From positions 1-40,909 of the forward strand of contig JBHHXT010000025.1 of the NCBI GenBank assembly GCA_046757165.1: a stretch of DNA of 40,909 bases, read 5' to 3'. Position numbers and translations under genes: made by a program. The notes beneath the pieces were generated by a model. That model made no database searches and had not been told where the DNA came from. It was given only the letters and a program-made list of their open reading frames with translations. Shown piece after piece: positions 28,153 to 40,838 of this stretch. The stretch's first letter is position 1; each line of letters opens with the position of its first letter. The DNA comes from a bacterium (GTDB lineage: Bacteria > Zhuqueibacterota > Zhuqueibacteria > Oceanimicrobiales > Oceanimicrobiaceae).

Positions 28153-28776
28153 TTAATAAAAGGGCTGCTGTTCAAGGTTGAATCCTGTGCCGCTCTCGAC
28201 CCGCATCCTGGCGTTCACTTTCGACGCCAGGTAAGCGTTGAGAATCAGCTTGATGATCGTCCCGGGAAGAAAGATAGCGCCGCCGATCCACAACGCGTGC
28301 GCAAAGGATGTCGGCTTACCGAGCACGTGGTTGAGGTTGAGATAAAGCACCGAAACGCCCAGGGCATAAATGACGACAACGCCAATAGCACAGGACCGCA
28401 GGATGCGCCAGAACCCTGGCGTCTCGCTCTGCCCCACTCCCTGTTTGCCCCAGATCAGGTACCCGATCACAAATGCCGCAATCGGATAACTGAGCAGATA
28501 GCCAAAAGTGGGTTGCAAAACGTAGCCCGGCCCGCCGCCATAGGCAAAGACCGGAACCCCAATTAGACCAACCGTCAAATACAAGAGCTGACTGAGCGCC
28601 CCGAAGTTTGGTCCGAGAATCGAGCCCGAGAGCATCACAAAAAAGGTCTGCAGGGTCAGCGGCACGTAAGGGATGGGAATCTTGATGAACGCCCCGACTG
28701 CGGTCAAGGCGGCCATCAGACTGGAGAGCACATAAAAGCGAATCCTGGCCCTGCTGTGATTCACTCCCGCGGCCAT
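28153..28776 (-). CDS. bioY: Biotin transporter S component BioY
   Basis: VPLTLQTF, GLIGVPVFAYGGG, PTFGYLLSYP. Confidence 0.92.
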   Translation of the reverse strand: MAAGVNHSRARIRFYVLSSLMAALTAVGAFIKIPIPYVPLTLQTFFVMLSGSILGPNFGALSQLLYLTVGLIGVPVFAYGGGPGYVLQPTFGYLLSYPIAAFVIGYLIWGKQGVGQSETPGFWRILRSCAIGVVVIYALGVSVLYLNLNHVLGKPTSFAHALWIGGAIFLPGTIIKLILNAYLASKVNARMRVESGTGFNLEQQPFY

Positions 28777-30080
28777 CTGTTTCCCCGAAAGAAACTCACG
28801 AAGACGACGTCCCCGAGACGGACACCAGCCTCAGCCTGCGTGTCTATTCTCCGTCTCACAAGCTCGTCATCGATCGCTGCTTTCGCCTCTAACCATGTTT
28901 GCATTTTCTTAACACGCCCCAGGAAGGCGCTGAATCCCTTGTCGTCACCCTTGAAGACAGTCTTCAGAATAAACTCCCTGTCCGCAGCGTCGATGGCCAT
29001 CAACCACGGTTCATTCTCCGGCTCCTCGTTCCTTGTTTCAATCTGATCCGGCTCTGACTCACCGTTGCCCGGCTTGCTCACGGGTTCTGAAAAGTGTTCG
29101 AGAATCTCTTCCTCGTGTTTGCCGGTGGGCTCCTCTGTCCCGACGTGCTCATCATCCAGGAAACTGAACTGCAAGGAATCGAATTCATGTTTCTTCTTCT
29201 TGTGGGGGGCTCTTGGCCGCTTTGGCAGGTGTAAGCCGCCAAGATCGAGCCCTCCGGCGACGAAAGAATCCGTCTCGCCCCCGCTCGCGCTCCGTTGCTC
29301 CAGGATGCCCACGAGCAAATGCCTCTCCAGCGCACTCTCGATTTCCGTCACGGTCCAAGAGTCCTTCTCCTGTGCTTCCTGACCCAGGTCCTCAAAGACG
29401 TCGTCCAACTCCCGCTCTTTCAGCATCTCCAGCAGGATTTGAGACGACAACAGGGTTTGCGCTTCGCCGGTCACCTCCGTTTCAAACTCCAGATACAACA
29501 GAATCTCGTTCAAGAAGGTGGAAACCGGGGTCTCTTTGTACACGGCCATCTCAGCTTTCCTGGCAAGCGAACTCATGTCTAACTTTAACAGATTCGGCTC
29601 TTCCTTGCTTTTCAAAATCGCCACAATACGCTCAACAAACGCGCGTTTCTCCCCGAAACCCCGAATGACCGTAAGCGCATCGTCGCGCCCAAATTGCTCC
29701 TGCTCCTGAAATAGCACCTGTAGAAATTTTTGCCGCGGCCGAACCAAAACATCTATCTGAAATTCGACGCTTTTGTTGGCTAATTCCTGCAACTCTGCGA
29801 GATGAAAAACCGTCTCGGCAAGGACTTCTTCCATGAATTCATCGGCGATCCGCCGAAAGGCAGTAGATTCGAAATCATAGCGGTCAGACTGTGCAAGTTG
29901 AAAAGGCCGCTCCAGAGCGAAAAGCTTTCTTGCATGGCTTTTTGCCATGCAAGTAAAGATTTCGGGAAACCCCTGATCAGCGATGTCTCGCAACTGCACC
30001 CTCTCTCTGTCGGTCAGACATCTTTTCACCAGTGTGTCGGCCAGCCGCTGGATCTCGTCGTGCCAGAATTCGGATGTCAT
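28761..30080 (-). CDS. Hypothetical acidic protein
   Basis: About 439 aa from ATG 30080 with GGGGAG RBS; helical N-domain, acidic linker, small C-domain (FILKTVFKGD); 3' end overlaps the bioY start by 16 bp. Confidence 0.7.
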   Translation of the reverse strand: MTSEFWHDEIQRLADTLVKRCLTDRERVQLRDIADQGFPEIFTCMAKSHARKLFALERPFQLAQSDRYDFESTAFRRIADEFMEEVLAETVFHLAELQELANKSVEFQIDVLVRPRQKFLQVLFQEQEQFGRDDALTVIRGFGEKRAFVERIVAILKSKEEPNLLKLDMSSLARKAEMAVYKETPVSTFLNEILLYLEFETEVTGEAQTLLSSQILLEMLKERELDDVFEDLGQEAQEKDSWTVTEIESALERHLLVGILEQRSASGGETDSFVAGGLDLGGLHLPKRPRAPHKKKKHEFDSLQFSFLDDEHVGTEEPTGKHEEEILEHFSEPVSKPGNGESEPDQIETRNEEPENEPWLMAIDAADREFILKTVFKGDDKGFSAFLGRVKKMQTWLEAKAAIDDELVRRRIDTQAEAGVRLGDVVFVSFFRGNRWPRE

Positions 30081-30244
30081 CGCTCGTTCTCCCCAAAGCC
30101 AATAATAAAATGGCTGTCTCTTAGAAATGCGGTCGGAAAGCCCTGTCGCGCCTCCGCGCCGGCCCTCGCGAAGGCCGGGGCCGGAACGACCTTTCACGGC
30201 TTGTTGCAGAATGAGGTTTCGGGCGCTAAGCTACGGGCAGAGAG

Positions 30245-32674
30245 TCAACTGTTTTCCTTAATCACTCTCGCGACGTCGGCAACACGGTCATCCGCATCGA
30301 GCCTGATAAGGCGAAACCCTTGTGTATTTCTGCCTTGCGTTGTCACTTTCCTGACACTCTGGCGAATCAGGATGCCGTTGGTGGTAATAATCATGATGTC
30401 ATCGTCATCCATGACTTCTTTCAATGTCACCAGGCAACCGGTCTTCTCCGTTACTTTCAGCGTGAAGACACCCTTGCCGCCGCGATGGCTAACGCGATAT
30501 TCTTTGATGTCTGTCCGCTTGCCCAGACCCTTGTCGGTAACAACCAGCACGGTCCCTTCACGTTTGACCACAACCATGCCGACCAGGGCATCGTCCTTAC
30601 CTAGCCTTATGCCCCGCACACCCGCGGCCGTCCGGCCCATCTGACGCACTTCTTTTTCGTGGAACCGGATGGAAAGGCCCTGGCGCGTCCCGAGCAAAAT
30701 ATCATGGTTGCCATTCGAGAGCTTGGCCTCGATCAGATCGTCGCCATCATTAATCGTAATGGCGTTAATCCCGCCTTTCCTGGGATTGCTATATGCCGTC
30801 AGGTGCGTTTTCTTGACCGTGCCCTTCTTGGTCGCCATCACGACATAAGCTTCTTGCTTGAAATCGCGCACGTTGAGGATGGCAGCGATGCGCTCTCCTT
30901 TTGAAATCTCGAGCAGGTTGACAATGGCGCGCCCTTTCGTCGCCCGGCCGCCCTGAGGAATTTCATGAACTTTCAACCAGTGACATCGACCGGTATTGGT
31001 AAAACACAAGATGTAGCTGTGGGTGGAAGCCACAAACATATGCTCAATGAAGTCTGCCTCTTTGGTCGACGCGCCTGTTAAGCCCCGGCCTCCTCGAAGC
31101 TGGCGGCGGTAGGTGGTCACTGGAATGCGTTTGATAAATCCCGTATGAGAAATAGTGATCACCATGTCCTCTTCAGCGATCATGTCCTCGATAGTGAACT
31201 CTTCAGTCTCGGAGATGATCTCGGTCCGTCTGTCGTCGCCATATTTGTCCTTCAACTCCAGGAGTTCCTCTTTGATCAACTGCATTCTCCTGGCTTTGCT
31301 GTCCAGAATCGAACGCAGCTTCGCGATGAGCTTGATGAGCTGCAGATATTCATCTTCGATCTTCTTGCGCTCCAGGCCGGTCAATCTTTGCAGGCGCATG
31401 TCTAGAATCGCCTGCGCCTGCTGCTCCGAAAGCTTGAACCGCTTCATCAAAGAACTTTTGGCTGTTTGAGGATTGCGTGATTTCTTGATAACTTCAACGA
31501 CTTCATCAATGTTATCCAGGCAGATTTTCAGGCCCTCTAATATGTGGGCGCGTTTTTCCGCTTTCTCGAGTTCGAACTGTGTCCGGCGCACCACGACATC
31601 GTGGCGAAAGGTGATGAAGTGCTCTAACGTCTCTTTGAGATTGAGCACCTTCGGGACCCCTTTGACCAATGCCAGCATGATCACGCCGAAGGTCGTCTGC
31701 ATTTGGGTATGCTTGAAAAGCTGGTTCAAGATAACATCGGCCGGGATGTCACGCTTCAACTCGATGACCATACGCATGCCATCGCGGTCCGACTCATCGC
31801 GCACTTCCGCGATGCCTTCGAGCTTCTTGTCCCGCACCAGATGTCCGATCTTCTCCATCAAGTTCGCCTTGTTGACCTGATAAGGAAGCTCGCTGACGAT
31901 AATTCTTTCGCGGCCACTTTTCTGCGTCTCAACGTTGGCCCGTGCCCGGACGATGATTCTGCCGCGTCCGCTACGATAGGCCTCATCAATGCCCTCGACG
32001 CCATAGATGATCCCGGCAGTCGGAAAATCCGGTCCCTGGACATGATTCATGAGCGTCTCCACCTTCAAATCAGGCCGATTGATCAACGCGATCAGAGCAT
32101 CGATCACCTCGCAGAGATTATGAGGGGGAATGTTGGTCGCCATGCCAACGGCGATCCCGGAGGCGCCGTTCACCAAAAGATTCGGGAGCACCGACGGCAG
32201 GACCGTCGGTTCCTGCAACGACTCATCAAAATTGGCTACAAAGTCGACGGTACTCTTATCGAGGTCCCGAAGCACCTCCTCGGCAATCCTGGTCATGCGC
32301 GCTTCAGTGTATCGCATGGCCGCTGGTGAATCACCGTCTACAGAGCCGAAATTCCCCTGACCATCAACCAGAGGATAGCGTAAAGAAAAATCCTGCACCA
32401 TGCGTACCATGCTGTCATATACAGCAGAGTCTCCGTGGGGGTGGTACTTACCGAGCACCTCCCCCACGATTCTGGCACTTTTCTTATAAGACGAATTCGC
32501 GCGCAATCCCAACTGGCTCATTCCGTAGAGCACCCGGCGGTGCACGGGCTTCAAGCCATCACGAACATCGGGCAGCGCGCGTGAGACGATCACCGACATC
32601 GAGTAATCGATGTAGGACTCTTTCATCTCCTGTTCAATAAAAACCGGGACGACACGATCACGTTGATTTTCCAT
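30245..32674 (-). CDS. gyrA: DNA gyrase subunit A
   Basis: [10 protein letters not shown], catalytic AAMRYTE, GyrA-box-like RRQLRGGRG, beta-pinwheel repeats. Confidence 0.97.
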   Translation of the reverse strand: MENQRDRVVPVFIEQEMKESYIDYSMSVIVSRALPDVRDGLKPVHRRVLYGMSQLGLRANSSYKKSARIVGEVLGKYHPHGDSAVYDSMVRMVQDFSLRYPLVDGQGNFGSVDGDSPAAMRYTEARMTRIAEEVLRDLDKSTVDFVANFDESLQEPTVLPSVLPNLLVNGASGIAVGMATNIPPHNLCEVIDALIALINRPDLKVETLMNHVQGPDFPTAGIIYGVEGIDEAYRSGRGRIIVRARANVETQKSGRERIIVSELPYQVNKANLMEKIGHLVRDKKLEGIAEVRDESDRDGMRMVIELKRDIPADVILNQLFKHTQMQTTFGVIMLALVKGVPKVLNLKETLEHFITFRHDVVVRRTQFELEKAEKRAHILEGLKICLDNIDEVVEVIKKSRNPQTAKSSLMKRFKLSEQQAQAILDMRLQRLTGLERKKIEDEYLQLIKLIAKLRSILDSKARRMQLIKEELLELKDKYGDDRRTEIISETEEFTIEDMIAEEDMVITISHTGFIKRIPVTTYRRQLRGGRGLTGASTKEADFIEHMFVASTHSYILCFTNTGRCHWLKVHEIPQGGRATKGRAIVNLLEISKGERIAAILNVRDFKQEAYVVMATKKGTVKKTHLTAYSNPRKGGINAITINDGDDLIEAKLSNGNHDILLGTRQGLSIRFHEKEVRQMGRTAAGVRGIRLGKDDALVGMVVVKREGTVLVVTDKGLGKRTDIKEYRVSHRGGKGVFTLKVTEKTGCLVTLKEVMDDDDIMIITTNGILIRQSVRKVTTQGRNTQGFRLIRLDADDRVADVARVIKENS

Positions 32675-32704
32675 GCAGCACAAACCTCAAAGTTAGTTGA
32701 ACGC

Positions 32705-34930
<2,226 letters not shown>

Positions 34931-34944
<14 letters not shown>

Positions 34945-36058
34945 GCTCGATATCACCATTCTCAACACAGAATGTGCTGGTCTCACTATTCATCCACCGA
35001 GATGATTCCAGGAGTGACTCCCCTTTTGGGCTGGTCAAGAAGATTTGCCCCACTCCCTCTAAGGTGTCGAATATGCTTTTCTCGCGATAGTCGTCCAACT
35101 CAGAGTAGCAGTCATCCAACAAGAGGATCGGCGTTTCCTGTGTTTTTTCCTTCAAATAGTTAAACTCGGCGATCTTAATGGAAAAAAGTACCGACTTATG
35201 CTCTCCGCGTGAACCATATTTGCGCAAATCTTCTCCGTCGATGGTAAATGCGACATCATCGCGGTGTGGTCCTACCACGGTCATTCCTAGCACGCGCTCC
35301 TTTCCGGAGCTTCTTTCCAGCGCCGATAGAAAGGCCTGCTCGACGCTATCGTCATCTCCGGCAAACACGGATGATTCCATCGAAACTTCCAGTCGGTTTC
35401 CGTCTTTTGAGAACCGGCGGTAAACCCCGTTGAGCATCTTTGAAAAATCCGAAATAAAGTGATTTCGAAAACTGATTATTCTGGTGCCAATGCTCACCAA
35501 CCTCTCCGTCCAGGGCACGATGGTCGCTTCTGACATATTGAACCCCTGGCGGATGTCGTGAAGAATCTTGTTGCGCTGCTTGAGAACGCGAGTATATTCC
35601 TGCAGGTCGCTGAGGTAAGATAAGCTCACTTGCGATAACAAAACGTCGAGAAACCTTCGACGCTCGGAGGGCCCGCCGGCAGTAATTTTGAATTCATCCG
35701 GTGCCATGACGACAACCGGAAACTGACCGAAAATCCTGGCATGGGAGCGAATTCTTTTCCGGTCAACGCTGATTTCCTTCTTTCCATCCTTGACGTATCT
35801 TAGAACGACTCTCTTTTCAATCTCGTTGTCTTGAATGAGTCCTCCTTGAACCGTAAAAAACTGTGCGTCGTGTTTCAACAAATCCTGGTTCTTCGCACCA
35901 CGAAAACTCCGTCCCAGACACAAAAGATAGATGGCCTCCAGGAAGTTCGTTTTCCCTTGTGCATTCTGTCCGTAGACTAAATTGATTCTTACAGAGAATT
36001 CTATCTTCGCGTTGTTGTAATTTCTGAAATTAACTAAGGCCAAACTGCGTAGATTCAT
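34931..36058 (-). CDS. recF: DNA replication/repair protein RecF
   Basis: NFRNY, GQNAQGKTN, RRRFLD, GPHRDD, SRGE, LLLDD..SELD. Confidence 0.96.
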
Positions 36059-36064
36059 GCATTC

Positions 36065-37183
36065 CTATTCATCATTTAGACGGATTGGCATCAAGAGCAT
36101 GAGCACGTCCTCCCCCTGTTTCTGCGTCGCAGGATAAATGATGCCAGCGCTTACCGGGTCCTTGAGCGTCAATTCGATGTCGTCCGACTCGAGGTGTTTC
36201 AAAATGTCGAGCAGGTAAACAGCATTATAGCCGATATCCATGCTTTCGCCGGAGTAATCCGCCTCGATCTTCTCCCGCGCCTCACCGCCGAATTCGATGT
36301 CCTCGGACTGAATCTCTACAGCCCCGTCTGAAACCGACAATCTGATCTGGTGGGTGATCGAATTTGAAAAGATAGAAACGCGCCTGACGGAAGAGCTCAG
36401 CAGTTCGCGGTTCATCAACACCTTTTTGTCATTATCGATCGGAATCACGCGCTCGTAGTTCGGGAACTGCCCCTCAATGCCCTTGCTGAAAATGGTTGTA
36501 TTGGCAAGGGTAAACACGATATGGTCATCGCTCAAGCCAACGGTGATCTTCTTATTGCTGTTAAGATTCTTCGAAAGCAGAATCAACGCCTTGGTGGGAA
36601 TGATGGCTTCCTGCTCAAAACCGGGAGAGCTAAACGTGGTGTCGACGATCTTCACCAGGCGGTGGCCGTCGGTCGAAACCAGGCGCAGTTCATTGGCCAT
36701 GACCTTCAGATAGACGCCCATCAGGGTCGTACGCAGCTCGTCGATGGAAACAGCAAACAGGGCTTTGTTGACCATGTTGTCAAAGCGCTGCGCGTCGATG
36801 TCAAACCCCCCCTGGCTTTCTCCGACAGCGATCTTCGGGAATTCATCCCTCGCCTCGCCAGAGAGCCGGTAGAACCCCCTGTCCGTATTGAGCTCTATCT
36901 TGTAGGAATCGTCGCAGCTGAAGTCCACCGGGATATCTGGGAGCTCGCGAACAATTTCGAACACAATCTTCGCCGGGATCGCAACGGCCCCGTCATGGCC
37001 TCCCTGGACCTCGATCTTTGTAGAAATGGAGACTTCCAAATCCGTACCGGTCAACGTCAACTGATTGCCCTGCAAATCCAGCAAAATGTTGCCCAGCATT
37101 GGAATAGTGGTCTTGACGGGAACCACACCGATGATGTTTTGAATGGCCTGGTGCAACTCTCTCCTGTTAACTCTGAATTTCAT
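36065..37183 (-). CDS. dnaN: DNA polymerase III beta clamp
   Basis: GTDLEVSI, STDGHRL, GQFPNYERVIP, LLMPIR; GAGG RBS before ATG 37183. Confidence 0.96.
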   Translation of the reverse strand: MKFRVNRRELHQAIQNIIGVVPVKTTIPMLGNILLDLQGNQLTLTGTDLEVSISTKIEVQGGHDGAVAIPAKIVFEIVRELPDIPVDFSCDDSYKIELNTDRGFYRLSGEARDEFPKIAVGESQGGFDIDAQRFDNMVNKALFAVSIDELRTTLMGVYLKVMANELRLVSTDGHRLVKIVDTTFSSPGFEQEAIIPTKALILLSKNLNSNKKITVGLSDDHIVFTLANTTIFSKGIEGQFPNYERVIPIDNDKKVLMNRELLSSSVRRVSIFSNSITHQIRLSVSDGAVEIQSEDIEFGGEAREKIEADYSGESMDIGYNAVYLLDILKHLESDDIELTLKDPVSAGIIYPATQKQGEDVLMLLMPIRLNDE

Positions 37184-37204
37184 AGGAGCCTCGGTCAAGT
37201 TTAT

Positions 37205-37512
37205 GAAGTGTGTAAATTCAAATCTACTAAATAATTAATTATAATTCAAGGAAATTTTATGGTAGTAGTAGTTGGGTCTGTGGGTATGTGGATAAATGAT
37301 TTTGACTCGATTGTAACTGAATTGTTTGCTGGCTGCTTAACCGTCTCTGCAAATCCCCGGGCTGGTGTGGATTGGCTGTTATGGAGATGTTAATAACCCG
37401 TTACGCATGTTGATAACGTTGACGTCCTTGAGGATGGTGTTGCCAGCATCTGCCGCTTATTCACACCCAATCCCCCGGATTCTGCATGTTATACACACGT
37501 GCGTGTGGATAA
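37205..37512. other. oriC, unwinding half: DnaA boxes, DnaA-trios and AT-rich element
   Basis: Consensus TTATNCACA boxes at 37287-37295(-), 37457-37465(+), 37489-37497(+), 37504-37512(-); near matches at 37279, 37366, 37388, 37408; TAGTAGTAG at 37263-37271; AT-rich 37212-37260. Confidence 0.9.
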
Positions 37513-37517
37513 GGGTT

Positions 37518-38873
37518 CTACATGCTGGACATTTCAATCTTTTTCTTGAGCTCGACAACGTCATCCCTGGCCTTGCTATCCCTTTCGATTTGCTTTTCAA
37601 CGCACTGGATGGCATGAATAACGGTGCTGTGGTCTCGACCACCGAAGTGCAAACCGATGGTCTTCAGGGAACTTTTAGTCATCTGTTTTGTCAGGTACAT
37701 GGCGATCTGGCGCACGTAGGCAATCTCCTTCTTGCGCGTCTTGGCACGCAGCATGTCGTCTGGAATACTGTAGTGGTCGCTGACGATGCGTTGAATCTCC
37801 TCAGGCATAATATTCTTTTTTTTGCTCAAACTGAGATTTTTCAGCACATCCTTTGCTACCTCGATGGAGATATCCAGACCCTTCAGCGAGGCGTGCGCCA
37901 GTAGGCGTATCAGCGCGCCCTCCAACTCGCGAATGTTTGATGTGACATTGGTCGCAATAAATTCAATGATGTCACCAGAAAGCGCGATCTCATTTTGATC
38001 TGCTTTTTGTTGCAGAATAGCGATGCGGGTCTCGAGGTCAGGGGGTTGAATATCCGCAACCAGGCCCCACTGAAAGCGCGACAATAGCCTTTCTTCAATG
38101 CCATCGAGTTCCTTCGGTGGGCGGTCCGATGACAGGACGATCTGTTTGCCGGAGTTGTAGAGGGCGTTAAAGGTGTGAAAAAACTCCTCTTGCGTGCGCT
38201 CTTTGCTGATGAAAAACTGGATATCATCGACGATCAACAGGTCGACATTGCGGTAGATGGCGCTGAATTCAGTCGTCTTGTTGTATTTGATGGAATTGAT
38301 AAACTCGATAGTAAATCTTTCGCTGTCGACGTAGAGCACGCGCTGTCCATCGTTATGCGTCAAGATGTAGTTGCCGATCGCTTGGATGAGATGTGTTTTC
38401 CCCAAGCCGACACCGCCATACAGGACCAGTGGATTAAAGGTGGTTTTGCCCGGAGATTCTGCCACGGCCAGGGCGGCTGCGCGCGCGAACTGGTTGTTGG
38501 ATCCTTCCACAAAGTTCTCGAAACTATAGCGCGCGATCAGATTGCTCTTTTTGTCATACCTGTTCAGCAGTTTCTTTTTGTCCAGGACTGGAATCGGTGG
38601 AGCTTCGCCATTGCGCTTCCGTCCCGGGTCAATCGTATAAGACAGCGTCGCCTCCTCTCCGAGCACCTGCAACAGGGCATGATTGATAAGACCGCGATAA
38701 TGCCCCTCTAACCATTCGTAAAAAAAATGGCTGGGAAGTTGTATGGTAAGCTTCTGATTCTCCAGCTTGAGCGATTTGATCGGCTCAAACCATGTTGTAA
38801 AACTCTGAGGATTGATGCTCTCTTTGATGAGAGCAAGACACTGGTCCCAAGCTGCTGTGTACGTCATGGCCAT
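37518..38873 (-). CDS. dnaA: Chromosomal replication initiator DnaA
   Basis: SFTTWF, NPLVLYGGVGLGKTHL, DDIQF, NIRELEGAL, GGRDHSTVIHA; GAGGGG RBS before ATG 38873. Confidence 0.98.
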   Translation of the reverse strand: MAMTYTAAWDQCLALIKESINPQSFTTWFEPIKSLKLENQKLTIQLPSHFFYEWLEGHYRGLINHALLQVLGEEATLSYTIDPGRKRNGEAPPIPVLDKKKLLNRYDKKSNLIARYSFENFVEGSNNQFARAAALAVAESPGKTTFNPLVLYGGVGLGKTHLIQAIGNYILTHNDGQRVLYVDSERFTIEFINSIKYNKTTEFSAIYRNVDLLIVDDIQFFISKERTQEEFFHTFNALYNSGKQIVLSSDRPPKELDGIEERLLSRFQWGLVADIQPPDLETRIAILQQKADQNEIALSGDIIEFIATNVTSNIRELEGALIRLLAHASLKGLDISIEVAKDVLKNLSLSKKKNIMPEEIQRIVSDHYSIPDDMLRAKTRKKEIAYVRQIAMYLTKQMTKSSLKTIGLHFGGRDHSTVIHAIQCVEKQIERDSKARDDVVELKKKIEMSSM

Positions 38874-38982
38874 TTTGTCATACCCCTCGATGTTTAATGT
38901 TAGAAGCAAGGGTGGAGCAAGGTCAATGTTCGACACTGCGATCCACCAGAGATCCTCTCTACTTGTTGAGACGTTGCGAAAA

Positions 38983-39237
38983 GTATCCACAATCTATCAA
39001 CAATTCCCCTTGTCCTGTAAGACGCATATTTAAAACAGCTTATACCACTTATGAAAGCAAGAATTAACTACCAAAAGGAACATAAAATGTCAACTACAGG
39101 CTCTAAAACTCGATTCAGAATTGTCACGTTTGTTAAGTTATCCACATCTTTTTATGTGGCGGAACCGTCTAGGAAGGACTCGTAAAAGTTAAGAAAAAGA
39201 CCCTCAATGTCAAGAAAAAAAGCAGGTATTTCCCACA
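38983..39237. promoter_or_regulatory. dnaA upstream DnaA-box cluster and putative promoters
   Basis: Perfect TTATCCACA 39138-39146; near matches 38983-38991, 38994-39002, 39229-39237; minus-strand TTGACA at 39208-39213 (N16-TAACTT) and 39088-39093. Confidence 0.7.
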
Positions 39238-39355
39238 AGAGAAGAGTGTCGAAACAGGAAAAAATGTGTTTTCTAGGCTTGTTCTGTGGTCGGGAATTGC
39301 TTTTCTCGCGGCTGAACCGGATCACGAAACAAATTCTGCCGTCGGATGTTTTTTG

Positions 39356-39384
39356 TTGACTTCAAGCTTCATTTTTGTTACTTT
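39356..39384 (+). promoter_or_regulatory. Putative sigma70 promoter for the TPR gene
   Basis: TTGACT-N17-TACTTT with an extended -10 TG. Confidence 0.55.
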
Positions 39385-39425
39385 TACAGGTTTTGATAAT
39401 CAAAAGTGTGCATTTAGGAGGAGCT

Positions 39426-40838
39426 ATGGGAGCTACCAAAAGTATTTATTCCGGCCTGGTTGGGCGGCCGATCTGGTTGCTGGGAGTTGGTTTGATGTTT
39501 TGCTTGTTCGTCGGCCGGGCTTTTGCCGGCGGGGGACCAAATGTTGGCGGCGCAAAGCTGTATATCCAGCAAAACGATTTGGATAAGGCGACCAGCGTGC
39601 TGACGAAGGAGGTCAAGGAAGTAAATGAAAGAAATGAGGACGCCTGGTACCTATTGGGATATGTTTATGCCCGCCAGCAGAAGTATGAGGAAATGATTGA
39701 GGCGTTCAATCGGGCGGTGGAGCTGAAACCGAAGTTTCGGCAGAAGGGCGTCAGAATTGGGAAGGACAGCGGAACACAGTTTCACTCCAAACACGGTGTA
39801 GATGCGATTCTTAGGGTGGTCTGGGCCAACGCATTTAACAGCGGGGTCAGGCACTTTAATGATGCCGTCAATGCCGCAGAAGAGGAGGCAAGGCAGGAAA
39901 ACTTTGATAAAGCCATTGCCATGTTCAGTGCCGCAGCCGTGATTGCGCCGGACAGCAGTCTGGCTTATCGCAATTGGGCCGCGGCGTTGATAAACGCCGA
40001 GAGAACCACGGATGCCATCGCGCCGTTGATGAAAGCCCTGGAAGTCAATCCAAAAGATAAGGAAGTGAAGATCATGCTGGCGCAAGTCCATGTGCGCGAG
40101 AACCACTATGATCAGGCCTTGCCCTTTTTGGAAGAGCTGTGGGCCGAGAATGTTCGCAGCGTCGAGGTGGCCGACTACCTGTCGCGGGCGTATCTCAAAG
40201 TCGATAAGCCAGAGCAGGCGAAGGGCGTGTATAAAGCAGCCATAGAGAGCAATCCCGAGAATTTTTCATTCCGTTACAACTACGGCACCATCTTACTCGA
40301 GGCGAAAGAGTACGATGAGGCGATCGAGCAATTGTCGAAAGCGTACGAAATCGATCCCGAGTCGGCTGATATTAACTACAACCTCGGGGCAGCGTATCTG
40401 AATCGCGGTGTCAGCAAACGGGAGGCGTTGCCAGATGATTCGGAGGACCTGGCATATGTCAAAGACTTTGAGTTGGCCTTTCCGTATCTCGAAAAATCGA
40501 CGAAGATGAACCCGGATGATGTGGGTTCCTGGTTTACCCTCGGACGCATCGCGGGCCAGCTTAACAAGATCTCACTCGCGGGCTATGCGTTTTCGAAAGG
40601 CGAACCCCTAAGGAGTGCCCTTGACAACAAAGTTATCGTGGGCATGCCTAGCGAGACACTCAAAGCAATTCTTGGCGACCCGGACGAAATCAAGCCGCTC
40701 GAATCCAAAGAATTCAATTCGGTTCAAGAGTGGGTGTATCGGGAACGAAGGGGGGCCAGGGGAAAAGTTGCGATTCCGGACCCGATGAACGTCTACGTTG
40801 CAAACGGCCGAGTCGACGCCTTGATGGTCGAGAAGTAG
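39426..40838 (+). CDS. Exported TPR protein with small C-terminal SmpA/OmlA(BamE)-like domain
   Basis: AGGAGG RBS; signal peptide ending AFA; several TPRs (AWYLLGYVY, YNYGTILL, YNLGAAY); C-terminal IVGMPSETLKAILGDP..EWVY. Confidence 0.8.
   Translation: MGATKSIYSGLVGRPIWLLGVGLMFCLFVGRAFAGGGPNVGGAKLYIQQNDLDKATSVLTKEVKEVNERNEDAWYLLGYVYARQQKYEEMIEAFNRAVELKPKFRQKGVRIGKDSGTQFHSKHGVDAILRVVWANAFNSGVRHFNDAVNAAEEEARQENFDKAIAMFSAAAVIAPDSSLAYRNWAAALINAERTTDAIAPLMKALEVNPKDKEVKIMLAQVHVRENHYDQALPFLEELWAENVRSVEVADYLSRAYLKVDKPEQAKGVYKAAIESNPENFSFRYNYGTILLEAKEYDEAIEQLSKAYEIDPESADINYNLGAAYLNRGVSKREALPDDSEDLAYVKDFELAFPYLEKSTKMNPDDVGSWFTLGRIAGQLNKISLAGYAFSKGEPLRSALDNKVIVGMPSETLKAILGDPDEIKPLESKEFNSVQEWVYRERRGARGKVAIPDPMNVYVANGRVDALMVEK

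Noticed and set aside
37365..37904. Plus-strand ORF across the dnaA-dnaN gap
   Set aside because: Covers the DnaA-box cluster and is antisense to dnaA; no coding signal
38874..38990. dnaA N-terminal extension in the ORF track
   Set aside because: Begins inside a DnaA box; RBS and domain I sequence support ATG 38873
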